This document shows, piece by piece, positions 12,946 to 26,218 of a stretch of DNA of 62,096 nt. The DNA is from Trichosphaerium sp. ATCC 40318 (taxonomy: Eukaryota > Protista > Tubulinea). A program made the position numbers and the translations under genes. The notes under the pieces were generated by a model. That model was not told the origin of the DNA, did not search any database, and was given only the letters and a program-made list of their open reading frames with translations. The stretch covers positions 1-62,096 of the forward strand of contig JALMLS010000358.1 of NCBI GenBank assembly GCA_038496445.1. Direction: 5' to 3'. Within the stretch, counting starts at the first letter, position 1. Every line of letters begins with the position of its first letter.

Positions 12946-13579
12946 ATGGCTTCTCAGCGAACTATTATAATTGGTTCTGATCATGCTGGCTACGAAATGA
13001 AAGAACACTTGAAAGCCTTCATTTCTACACAATTACGCATAGTGGTGAAGGACGCCGGTAGTTTCGCAAACGAAAGAGTCGATTATCCTAATGTCGCTGA
13101 ATTCGTCGGCAAATCGGTTGCGAAAGGTGAATTCGGTACGTCACTTCCGCCAACTGCAGTAACTAACCGGTCAGAGCACGGTATCCTCGTTTGCGGCACT
13201 GGCATCGGTGTACGTTGTAAATGCGGCCCAACTCACTAACGCTCCTCTGAAAGATGTCAATAGCAGCAAATAAAGTCGGAGGCATACGCTGTGCGTTATG
13301 CCACAATGTGATGACTGCCAAGATGGCAAAAAAGGTGCAATCCGCACGTGCACATGTTTTGTGACATTTTCTTAGCACAACAATGCCAACGTGTTGGCTA
13401 TAGGAGGCTGGACAACGGACAAGGTGGTAAGAATGCTGTTTTGTGGTGCTAAAGCACTAATGAGGGACGGATAGGTCGCCACCAAGATTGTGTCTGCGTG
13501 GCTAAATGCCACTTTTGCTCAAGATAGGCACGCTGTACGCGTTGGCATGATAGCAGCGCTGGAGAAGAACACTTCGTAG
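12946..13579 (+). CDS. rpiB: Ribose-5-phosphate isomerase B (RpiB/LacAB family); 5 exons
   Basis: GSDHAG, VDYP, GILVCGTGIG|MSIAANKVGGIRCALC, HNNANVLAIG, RHAVRV. Confidence 0.93.
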
Positions 13580-13668
13580 CCAGAGACAGAGTATCAATTT
13601 TAGCACAGGCAATAAACTCGATACTAACTGGGATCTCGAAAGTCAAATGTAGTACTACTAGTTATAAA

Positions 13669-15213
13669 ATGCAACAAAACAAATGCCATTTGCGGTCAGT
13701 TATTGCCATTTCCATAGCTAGCCGTATAATTGCTATATGCGTTTGTTTACTGGGCGCCTTTGTTTTGCAACCTTATGACACATCGCAAAGTGTGGCTTTT
13801 CCTTCTATACGCCCACCAATGCGTAATTTTGCGAACTGGGACGGTGTTTACTTCTTGCGCATCGCTTTACACGGCTACGAGTACGAAAAACACTACGCAT
13901 TCTTCCCAATGCTGCCTACTATGTCTAGAATAGGATCCAATTGTGCGTTTGCACAATGAAGTAAGCTAACTTCAATTAGTGTTAAAATACTTGCTTCCGT
14001 TCAGTGTAGACAACGCCAGTCTCATATTGGCGTCTGGATTGATATTGAACAACGTGTCATTTGTAATCGCCTCTGTGCTGCTGTACAAGTACGTCTTTTT
14101 ATGCTCATACCCTACTTACCGTACATAGAACAACTTGTTTGGTGTTTGATGACACGGCAGTGGCTAGAAACGCGGCAATCATTTTTGCATTCAATCCAGC
14201 ATCTGTCTTCATGTCAGCTTTTTACACGGAATCAACATTTGCCTTGTGGAGTTTTGCTGGTATATACTGTCTGGAGAAGGGTAGGGCCATCCATTAAGCT
14301 GATCAACTTGTAACACGTGCAAAAAGGAAAGGCGTACAGTGTATTGGGGTGGTCTTTCTTCTTTCCATTGGCGGTACTCACGCGTTCTAACGGTACACAC
14401 TGCACCACCCTCATAACAACACTGACGTTGAGCTATAGGGATTGTATTGACAGGGTACATACTCTATCGCGCACTAGTAGAAACATTTGACGCGCAGTCA
14501 TTGCGCTCACGCACTTGGCACATTGTCAAAGCTGTAGTGCAAATAATGCCAACCGTCATGGCACTTGTTGCCTTTCAGTGGTACGCATACGACAGATATT
14601 GCGCTATGGACAACGGTTCTGAACGTGAGTGGTGTTCTTCATTACCTCCTTCAGTGTATGCGTATGTGCAGAATAGGTACTGGGGCAACGGTATGTTCAA
14701 GTATTGGACGTTACAAAAACTTCCAAATTTCTTTCTGGCTGCGCCTATTCTCGCCCTTACATGCCATGGTGCGTTGTCAAAGCGCGAGCTGTTCTTTATA
14801 TTCCATTGTTGATATGAGGTTAGGCATGTACACTTATGCGAGGGAGGACAGCAACAGATTTTGGTTTGTGGGCTTGTTTTCTACTGCGGTTAACCGAAAA
14901 ACTGTACCGTATTACTTTCATTGGCTGGGCGTTACGCTAATTGCGGTTGTTGGCATGCATGTCGAGGTATGGTATTTTAGATTATTTTTCTTTTTGTTTT
15001 TTTTGAAGTATCCATCTTCTTCTTGTACTACCCACCAACAAGGTCACAACGCGATTCCTATGCTCTCAATGCATGGCGCTTTATTGGCACGTGAGTCTCG
15101 CTATGCGCTACGCTCCCAAGTCATCTCCTACTTTGGTGGCTGGATTCATTTATTTGGTGGTGTACAACACAATAGGTCCGATTCTGTTTATTAATTTCTA
15201 TCCATGGACGTAG
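13669..15213 (+). CDS. PIGV: GPI mannosyltransferase 2 (PIGV/Gpi18); multi-exon
   Basis: NWDGVYFLRIALHGYEYEKHYAFFP, NPASVFMSAFYTES, YVQNRYWGNG, QKLPNFFLAAP, C-terminal NFYPWT. Confidence 0.92.
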
Positions 15214-15376
15214 TTCTCACCACAGTTGTACTTGTACATGTAAATACAAACCGTTGTCTGTATAACACAAGGGGTATGGGCTGGTCGTTTGATTTCTTTT
15301 TTTTTTTGACGTGTAAATTTGGCACAGACACGCAACACGCTGGAAACTGCGTTATGCCTCCAACGCTTGGTAAATA

Positions 15377-18300
15377 ATGAATAATGTGGAGACGTCCTTC
15401 CTTGATAATCTTCTTGAGCAGTTAAAAAGGTACGTGTGACGTCTAAGGTACAGAATCGCCTAAAAACGCCTCAGTGCTGACGATGAGGGTAAAAAGATCG
15501 CTAAAGGGCTCGCCAACTATGTACGACAGCAGTTACCAAAAACTGGCTTCTTTAACTATCTCAAAGGTCAAAGGTCGTTGTCACGACGCTCCAGGCGACG
15601 GTTTTTCGAAATTTATGTCCGAACTCAACCGCAACCTCTCCGACCTGATAAATTCGAGCTCGCAACAGGATAATTTAGGCGCTATAACTCTGATAGGTAT
15701 GAGGCAAATTGCATTAAAAAAAAAAACCCCAAAAAACAAAACCGTGACAATCTTTACTGTAGATGCTCTCGTGGATATAGAGTATGAAGAAAGCTCAGGG
15801 CTTGTGGTACGTTACCATTGACAGCTGGTACAATTTTGGCGTAATTAGTTCTATTTTAATTATTCGCCACCCAAACTACGTCATTTGGCACTACCCGTGG
15901 CGTCAGGATTATCCACCAATATTGACGCCTTAGAACTTGGCACTTGAACTAATATTTGGCCATAGCTGACAAGACTCGCCAATACCTTACGGAATGCGCT
16001 CCTCAAACGCGATAAGACCACTAGACGTGAGGCCAGCGTAGTTTTGGGAAAAATGGCCGTTGGCAGATCCAACATGATGACAGATTGGGTATCACAACCT
16101 TCTTTCTCTTACTTACTGATTACTCTGACTACAAATAGATTCACGCAGAGATGGACCAAGCAATAGAGTGGTTGGAACAAAAGGATCGCAATGTTCCGAG
16201 AAGAGATGCGGCACTCTTATTTATTGGTACCGCTAAAAATACCAGTATATAATGGACTTTAAGAGTAATTACTTGGCTTTTAGAAAAGATTGCCCAGTCA
16301 GCGCCTTCCATTCTTTATGTTAGGATAGCCCGAATTGTAGATCTCCTTTGGCATGGATTGTGCGACAAGGACAGCATGTTGCGCGAACAGGTAAGTAGTC
16401 ATAAAAAAATTTTAGCATCTGGTTGATGTCCTTGTTCCTCACTTCCTCACTTTTCCAAAAAGGGCCGTCTTGCTCTGTTGGAGACATTGCGAATACTTAC
16501 AGTCAGGGATGACAACATAGCTACCCTTTCTCACGAGTACGTGACGTTGTAACTACCAATGATCGCTTGTTTTTAACTGTTCATGGTTTAGTGACATTTA
16601 CATACAAATATACACAAAGGCTATTCAAAACATCAAAGCAAATCAGACAGAGCTACTTCATGGCGCTCTCATAGCACTCGGGGAACTTCTCAGAAATACG
16701 GGGGCATTCATGAATGAGGTTCGCATGCTAACACCCCTTAACGCTTCGTTTTTTGGTATATGATGTTTGTCTCACGTGATTATTACACAGGGTAAATTTA
16801 CAACAGCAGGTGATATTGTCATAAAATATTGGAACTCTAATCACAAGGGTTTAAGAAAGGTAGCGCATGTCTCACTATGGTTATCACATTTTTTTGATTT
16901 TGACACATATTATTATTTAGAGGGCACTGCAAATTGCACCTCTGCTAGCACGCCACTCGCCCAAGCTATTCAAAGCCAGTTACTTGGAGCATTGCATGGG
17001 AAATCTTTTCTCGTCTCTACGTCGAGACAGTGAGCGTGCTCTTGCCTTTTTAGCAGGTACAAAAACTTTTGACAAACTCGTATATTGTTGTTTTACTGAG
17101 TGTTATTAGTTGGTGAAATTGCAATAGAGGTTGGCGTGGGTATAGTACCGTACTTGGATGGCATAATGGGATTTATTAGATCGCGTATGTCTGCTCGTGG
17201 TAGGAATAGCCTGTCGCCAGAAGCATTGAATTGCGTATCAATGTTAGCGCAAGCCGTTGGCACTAATCTGGAGACGTACATGCAAGGCTTTTTAATGCAT
17301 ATATTCAGTCAAGGCTTGAGTAAAGGCTTGGTAAATGCATTAGTGACACTTGTAGCCCACATTCCATCGCTGGCGTCTGAGGTCCGCCGGAAGTTGCTGG
17401 ATCAGATAGCACTCATCCTTGGAGCCGTACCATTGCGTAGCACCCCTAGCAACGCGAAAAAGCGACGTGTGGTAGTGCGCGAGAGTAACAAGGCCGACAC
17501 TTTGGATGTAGAGCTGGTGGTATTGGCGCTATCGACGCTTTGTGAGTTTGAATTCTCAAAATCATTCGCTGTTGGCAAATTTCTGGAAAAATATGTCATC
17601 GGCTATCTAGACCACGAAAACATCACTATACGAAAGGCTGCTGTAAGGACAGCCGGTCATTTGGTTGTCTTGCCACAGCTGTGCAATGACAAACGCAAAA
17701 CTGTAACTAGCAGATATACATATGGGCGTAAGGTGGTCACCAATGTTTTGCAGCTGCTCCTAGCTGCCGCTATCAACGACCCAGATCCACAAGTTCGTCT
17801 AACAGCGCTGTATTGCCTTGGCACACGGTTGGACTACATCATGGCGTATCCACCTAATGTAGCGTCTCTATTTATTGCGCTAAAGGATCAAGTCTTTGAA
17901 ATACAGTGTGTCACCATGATGACGCTTGGACGCCTATCCGAGCTCAACCCTGCAGCTGTATTTCCTAGATTAAGAAAGACACTTGTAGCGCTTCTCACAA
18001 AGCTAAAGCTTGGTGGAAAGGACTTGGGCAAGACTGCCTATCTCCTATCTGAACTGATTGCGGCTGCACCTAGCCTATCGGCTCTCTATGTAGAATCAAT
18101 TCTAACAGTGGTAGTGGATTGCGTTGAATCAAGTGACATGCAGTTATCAGGTTAGTTAGCTCCAACAATCACTCTTTTTGTATTTTACGTTTCTTCCTTT
18201 GATCGACAACACTAACACCATATGTTTGCAGGTCAAGCTCTATCCGCTCTTGGACAGATCGTAAAGGTGGGTGCGCAGGATATTCGTCGGCATAAGCTAG

Positions 18301-21300
18301 AACGCAAACTGTTTGTACTGATCCTTAAAACTTTGCGTGACCAAAATGCCAAGTACAAGCGTCAAGAAGCGCTTGAGGCGCTCGGCAACTTAGTACAATC
18401 CACTGGCCAGGCCATTGCACCTTATATCGACTATCCAAATCTGCTGGACACGCTCCTTGTCATTATTAAAACTGAGCAGTCTTGGGAGATACGAGGGACG
18501 GCGATTAAACTTTTGGGCATACTTGGTGCGATCGATCCGTGGAAACACAAGCAGTTCTTGAAAAAACAGCGTAGAGAAAACAGCTCGTGGATGGCTACGC
18601 CCTCTATCGAAGTGGTATCTCAAACCAGCCGTGTGGCGACACCGCACGCATTTTTACAACGCGATGGTTCTACACCAAAGGGAGGTTTGGCCGTCAAACG
18701 CAAGTCGAGGACAATCAGTACCGGAGAAAAAAAGAAGGTTATTTCCAATCTGCAGGAGTCTGCTGACAAAACGGAAGTCCGTTCGCTTTTTTATGCTCAC
18801 GTTGTTGATGGTTCACCGGATGACTTTTACATGCAGTTGGCGTGCGAATCGTTGACTGCTATATTGAAGAACCCAAACTTGTCCTCTCATCACAATATTA
18901 CAATGCAGGCTATTATGAAGATGGTCAAGAGCGTCGATATTAAGTGTATATCCTTTCTTGGCACTTTGATTCCAGCCTTGCTGAGCTTGATGCAATCATC
19001 GCAGCCTGGATATCGCGAGTTTCTATTCCAACAGCTGGGGTTCATCGTGTCTATCGTTAAGAAGCATATACGCGATTACGTACCACAAATCATGAAGGTT
19101 CTAGACAAGTATTGGAAAGAAGGGCCGATAGCATTCAAGCTGACTGTCATTGAAGAGTTGATAATCGCTTTGCAAGATGAGTTCGAGCCGTACTTACATA
19201 ACGTTGTACCACATTTGGTTCACGTCTTTACTTCTGACACATCGGCTGATCGCGAAACGACTATACAAGCGCTACATTGTCTTGAAGTAATAGGTCCTCA
19301 ATTCGACAAATACACCGACTTTGTATTACCGCACATTCTCACAATGCTCAATGCGCCCAAAGTTGCGCCTCTAGCCAAGGGTTATGCCATTAATTCTCTG
19401 TCACGCTTGTTCAAAGTACTGGATCTAGTTCTTTACTCTGGCCGAATCATTTCTGCCTTGGTCCTCAACATTGAATCTCCTGACGTACGCCTCGCATACA
19501 CATTACCTATTTAACACATTCTTGTTGCAGGTTCGTGAGGTGGCCATGAATTGTATCACTCAAATGGCCACACAATTACGAAGACAAATATTCCCATACG
19601 TCCCTACAATCGATGCTGCTTTGAAGAAAGTAAAGTTGTCCTGGCCTGATTGGACTCAAACTTTGGTGAGTCAAAAAAAAAATACCCACATTTCCCTATT
19701 TTCTGCTTTTTTCGGTTTCTTACTGAGGTGTTAGAGCGATATTCGAAGCGGTAAAAAGATTTTAGTAGACCCTAGCAGTGCCAATGAAGAGACAGATACA
19801 GGTGTGGCGCACCCAGTTACTGTTGCCAAACAGGCAAATTTTTCAGCGCCAATTAATTTGAGGAGGGCTTGGGACACTAAAGGTATTTAATACCCGTCTC
19901 TTCCTTTTTCTGACTTTTGTTACAGGCCGAGTTACACGTGAAGACTGGACTGAATGGATGAGAAAGTTCTCTATGGAGTTGCTACGTGCTTCTCCCAGTC
20001 CAGCGTTGCAAGCAGTCGCCATGGGTACCTTGTGTTATACATACAATTAGTGTCTGACGATATCACTTTTTAGCCAATCACGCGCCAACCATTAAAAAAC
20101 TGTTCAATATTGGGTTCTATTCGTGCTGGGATGAAATAAGCATGGCTGAACGCAAGGAACTCATTGAGAATTTACATCGGTACGTCGAGTAATAATTCAA
20201 GTGCACCTTGTGTTGTTAACCCTGTGTTCCAGCGTTTTTCGTGCCGAAAATATTACGACAGACGTTGTGCAGACACTGCTGGACTTGGTCGAATTTATGG
20301 AGCACAATGAAATGGTAGGGTTCATTGTCTTTGTTTAAACGAGCGCTCACACTACTTCTAGGACTTGCCAATTGGCTTTGATATTCTGGGAAGCCTTGCA
20401 GATAATTTCCACGCGTATGCCAAGGCCTTGTATTATAAAGAGAAGGAATTTGCTGAAAAACCATGTAACAACACCACTGAGGTAAGATTACTCACTTCCC
20501 ATTTAATCTGGATCATTATATCTAACTAGCACTACGTTTAGTCATTGATAAGCATAAACAGCAAACTTGGTCAAATGGAAGGGGCTACAGGTATCCTCAA
20601 GTACGCCCAACAACATCACCAAGTTCAGCTGAAAGCATCTTGGTATGAAAAGGCACGGCGTCTCACTATTTTGTATCCTGTTAATGACTCTCGTTTTAGT
20701 TGAAACAGTGGCCTCAAGCTCTACAGGCGTATCAAACACGAAATGACAGTGAGGCGTTGATCGGGAGGTTGCGGTGCCTTCATGGTCTTGGTGAATGGGA
20801 CAAAGTCATACAACTCGCAGCAGGACATTGGAAAAGTGAGGCGGATACCAATGCGACAAACAGCTTTCGACGAAGCGCCTCTCCGCTGGTTGCCTCTGCA
20901 GCTTTCTTCCTTCAAGATTGGGAAGTTCTAGAAAAATATGTTAGATTTATTCACCCAGACACGCACTCCGGTTCATTTGTGCGTGCTTTGGTCGCACTTC
21001 ACAACAATGATTTGTCAAAAGCACAAAAGTTCATTGATACAACACGTGACATGCTTGATACTGAACTCACAGCCCTTATCGGTGCGTTAAAGCGTGACTT
21101 TATTTATACTTGAGCATAAGCTGAATTGAAGCTAGGGGAGAGCTATGAGCGCGCATATATGGTTATCGTCCGCGTACAACAGCTGTCTGAAATGGAAGAG
21201 ATCATAGAAGTACTAAATCCCAAGGCCAAATCGAGGCAAATGGCGGACGAAGATTTATGGCCCAAATTGTGGCGTGCGAGATTGATGGGATGTGATCGAA

Positions 21301-24202
21301 CCGCTGAAGTATGGCAAAAGATTTTGGCTGTAAGAGGTACACATACTATATTTTTTATCACGTGATTAAACAGAAACTAGCCATTGTTCTACCACCTCAC
21401 AAGGACGTATTACCTTGGCTCAAATTAGCATCAATATACCGCAAAAGCAACAACATATCGACTGCTAGGCAAACGCTACTGCGTGTTTTAGGTGGTAAAC
21501 CTCCGCTTGGTGATCCGAACGACTTTTACATGCCGCAGAATACCCATCCGCGCATATTGTATGCCTGGATCAAGCAACTGTGGGCGGAAGATGAATGTGA
21601 CGTGGCGTTCCAGCATTTGCAAAATTTCTCTGCAGGCTTGAAGATGACTTCAGGCAGTGTTGAACTCCAAGCAAGAGTCCTACGAAAGATATGTACTTGG
21701 CAAACTGACATTCACAACGGCTTCAGCAAGCGTAGTATACCACAGCTCTGCGATATTGCTCGAGAGGCAACAGTGTTACAACCTGATAGCTACAAAGCTT
21801 GGCATAACTTTGCTATGCACAACTATCAAGCCACTCAGCTATTTCAACAATACACGAAGCCTATTAAAATACAACAAGTCGCCAATTTCCAAGACAAATC
21901 CAAGGTGCGCTTTCGACTGCTCTAACGAAAGTTCTAACCATTGTGATGATTTAGGCGTATCTAGTGGCAGCAATACAAGGGTTCTTTACCTGTGTGAGGC
22001 TACGATCTGGACAAAAAACGCTGCAAGACATATTGCGTATTCTAACGCTCATGTTCAAACACATAAAGCAAGACGAAGAAGCTGAGCAGGCAATGTTGCA
22101 GGGAATACAATCGCTTCCCGAGGAAACGTGGGTGCAAGTCATCCCACAAATAATTGCTCGCATTCACGTCAAGAGTTCTGCTGTTCGCAGTTTGTTGCAT
22201 ACTCTTTTGGTTAAGGTTGGCAAGGTGCATCCGCAAGCCCTCATCTATCCACTTACGGTGGCACTACAAGTACGCTCAGGATTTTTTTTTAAGTTTTTTT
22301 GCGCATGCAAAAATCACGTGGAATACACGTAACAAAAAAATTAAAAGAGCATCAGTTACATTAGTAATCATTGTTATAGTCTCAAAGTGTCGACAGAGTA
22401 AAAGCGGCACAAGCAGTAATGCAAAAGCTTCGTGATCACTCGCCTCAATTGGTTGATCAAGCTCGATTGGCAGGTGGTGAATTAATACGCGTTGCTATTT
22501 TGTGGCACGAATTATGGCATGAAGGCTTGGAGGAAGCCAGTAAACTCTATTTCGGAGAAGAGGATGTACGTGGTATGTTGGAGACACTTGCACCGTTGCA
22601 TGAAATGATGGAGAGCCCACAAACTATGCAAGAGGTTTCATTTGTTCAAGCATTTGGACGTGAACTACAAGAGGCAAAGCGGTGGTGTGAAGAGTATAAA
22701 AAATCTGAAAACATAGAGGACATTAACAGGGCATGGGAGATTTATTATCTTGTCTTTCGTCGCATCAACAAGCATTTGCCTCAAATGACGCGATTAGACA
22801 TGCATCACGTGTCACCTGAACTGTTGGATGCGACCAAACTCGCTATTGCTGTACCGGGAACATACGTTCCTGGACGGAAGGTAGTCTGTATCGACAGCTT
22901 CGATCCAGTTCTCGATATTATAACCAGTAAACAAAGACCAAGAAAACTGACTATTCACGGCTCAGATGGTCGCGAATGGAAGTACCTATTGAAAGGGCAC
23001 GAAGATTTACGGCAAGACGAACGTGTTATGCAGCTGTTTGCCTTGGTGAACACCCTACTACAACGCAACCGATCAACTGACCATCAAGATTTGACTATAA
23101 CACGTTACAGCGTTATTCCTCTTGCGCCGAATAGCGGGTTAATTGGTACCATAGCAAACATAATTTTATTGTAACTTTATGGAACTAACGCAAAAATTTG
23201 TTTAGGTTGGGTCCCGTACTGCGATACGTTACATCAACTGATACGTGATTATCGAGAGCAGAGAGAAATTATTTTGAATCTAGAATACAGGCTTATGCAC
23301 CAAATGGCGCCCTCATATGACGGCTGCACACTCATGCAAAAGGTTGAGGTATTCAACTTCTCTCTGGCACAGACGAGAGGAGAGGACTTAGAACGTGTTC
23401 TATGGCTACAAAGTCCTAACAGCGAGGTTTGGTTCGAGAGAAGAACGAATTACACGCGATCTCTTGCAGTCATGTCCATGGTTGGTTACATCCTTGGACT
23501 TGGTGATAGACACCCTTCGAATCTAATGATAGATCGCATCTCTGGCAAAGTAATACACATTGACTTTGGCGATTGCTTCGAGGTAAAGAACCACGAACAT
23601 CTCTTTTTATTTTGAGAATCACACCTTCTTTCTTAATTTAACCCTTTTGTGCACAGGTCGCTATGGTTCGCGAAAAATACCCTGAAAAGATTCCTTTCAG
23701 GCTGACACGCATGTTGATCAAAGCCATGGGCGCCTACAAGATAGAAGGCAATTTTAGAACCACCTGCGAACGCGTTATGCGTGTACTTCGCGAAAACAAA
23801 GAAAGTCTAATGGCTTTGCTTGAAGCGTTCATCTATGACCCTTTGATAAGCTGGCGTATTCTCAACCAGCCACAAGACCTGTCAGTAAACATGATAGACG
23901 AGTCAACGCCATCCGGTAGGTCGCGGTCACAGTCGCTCGAGGCCATGACTGCACTGCGGCCCAACCTCGAGGACATAGCACGTTCACCACCAAGACGATT
24001 GCGCCTACCCTCCCAGGACAAGGGCGCGATGGATGCCAAGGCGCTGTCTATTATCAAGCGAGTACAAAAGAAGCTAACTGGCCGAGATTTTAATCCGCGA
24101 GCCACAGACTCTTATCAGACCCAAGTAGAAAAACTTATCACGCAAGCCACTTCTGTTGAAAACTTGTGCCAGTGCTATGTGGGTTGGTGTCCGTTCTGGT
24201 AG
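15377..24202 (+). CDS. TOR: Target of rapamycin kinase (HEAT, FAT, FRB, PIKK kinase, FATC); multi-exon
   Basis: [21 protein letters not shown]; kinase [44 protein letters not shown]; [17 protein letters not shown]. Confidence 0.98.
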
Positions 24203-24390
24203 GAGAGGACACGTTTACCGCAAGATTGTAATTTTTGTAACACGTGAAAAAAAAAAGAAAAAAAAAACCTGTACAATGAATGTATATATTACGTAACTGG
24301 CATTGCTAATAAAGACATGCCAAAAAAGGATACAATTGTCTGAGTCAGAAGAAAATTGACTTTGCTTCATAACAACTTTGGTGTCAGCAC

Positions 24391-26103
24391 ATGGCAGCGT
24401 TGAAGCCTGCTTGGACCATTGGAGGGTAGATGACTGACTTTACATGATCCACCCCTAATAAGCGTGTTTAGACGTGCCCCTCCTAACTTCTGGCAAAACC
24501 CACGCAATAGAAGGCGCTGTGTTGAGTTAATAGGCCGTGAGCTAAATGTCAAGCTGTTAGATGATTGGTATGGTGTCACGAAGCGAGACTTGGCATCAAA
24601 AGGCGCTAGCGGCTTGTTACTGTGAGTTAATGCGTAGATTGTGATTCTAAACGGTTTTTTAGGCACCACTACGGCAATTCACTCGTTAAATGCCTTCAAG
24701 ACGTTTTTTCATATCACAAATGGCTCCCCTGGCGTTTTGCGTGCGTCACAATGCCAGTAGTTCATTTTATCAGCAATTTGACACGTTACACTCAGGAATG
24801 CCCCACAACGATACTGGAACAACTTAGAAAACCAACGGGCTCTAATAGAGCACATTGCTAGAGAGTTGGGCGTGAAGCGAATGGAAGATTGGTACAGTGT
24901 CAGACAACAGCAGCTGATGGATAGAGGCGCTCGTGGATTGCTGTACTATTATCCTCAGAAATCTTTTAATTGTCTAATATGTTGCGTGTCTACAGCGATC
25001 ACCATGACAACTCAATGACGGAGTGTTTGTCACGATTATATCCCGACTATGATTGGATGAAGTGGCGATTCACGTGCGTCTTTACCTTGTTTTACCAGGT
25101 TTGCTAGTATGCACGTTGACACACTCCTCAGCCGCGCTCCTCATGGCCATTGGGATGACGTTGAGAACCACAAAGCCACCTTGAATGCTATTGCCGAAAG
25201 TATGGACGTAAAGCTGATGGACGATTGGCACAAGGTGGACAAACAGGATATAATTCAGCACGGCACTGGTGGATTACTTGTGTATGTCTTCTTTGCTGCT
25301 CTTGCGCATCTCTAACCTACCATATAGAAATCACTATAACAACTCGTTAAACGCAGCATTGGATGCATCATTTCCTACGGATAAATCACGTACCAAGTAT
25401 GCCATTTCGTTGCTGCACGTGGATGAGCCATGTGGTTCAATGGCTTTGTAATTTTGACGTTATTTGTACAGACCAAATCCTTGGAAAGACACTGCCGCGT
25501 ATCACAGACCGCTGTTTAACCGATACGCAAGCGAAAGGGGGTTCAAGACGATGGATGATTGGTATAACATACATAAGCGAGAACTTGACGTCTTTGCTGG
25601 CGTCACGATAAAGCGGTACGCATAGAAGAGCCTATAGTGTAAAATAACAAGGTGGTAGCTATGGAACAATACAAGCGACACTCGAGAAAATCTACCCTGC
25701 GTACCAATGGAACGAAAAATTGTTTCACTGGAACGCTCAAGGATATTGGAGCCTTCGCGAAAATCAACAACTATTCCTTCTTCACCTCGAGAACAAGTTG
25801 CGCGTTAGCTCGCCTTCCATGTGGTACGCTGGTATAAAAAAAGTTTGAGTGGCTGACATTCTCAAACCAGGTATCGCATTTCTGAATTTCAGATAAAACA
25901 GTTTGGTGGAGGTGGATTGCTGCCTCACTGGCCACATGCCTTGAATATGATCAATCACGAGTTTGATTTTGATTGGGACAAGTTTACATTTGCAGGGAAG
26001 GCTTCAAAGCAAAGGTAATCTTACCCAATACAGGCCAACGTACTAATATCGTTGTGCTGTTAGGATGCTCGTACAATACATGGGTATCATATTCCCCAAG
26101 TGA
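24391..26103 (+). CDS. Uncharacterised Trp-rich tandem-repeat protein, paralog A; multi-exon
   Basis: Spliced repeats: APPNFW..PRNRR...LNVKLLDDWYGV...GASGLL..HYGNSL..CL..VF...KWLPWRF; ends KFTFAGKASKQRML...IFPK*. Confidence 0.8.
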
Positions 26104-26218
26104 CAGTTGCAGATCGACAATAGCACGATTTCTTAGCCAAAAAAAGAAGTGTACTTGCAAGACAGGTAGTTAAGACAAATATCTGGCCTGGTCAAAGCAA
26201 ATCACTTAAAATATTTGC

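Noticed and set aside
18947-18955. Perfect U12 AT-AC donor-like ATATCCTTT in TOR
   Set aside because: It lies in a continuous exon ([11 protein letters not shown]) that aligns with conserved TOR sequence; no intron is needed
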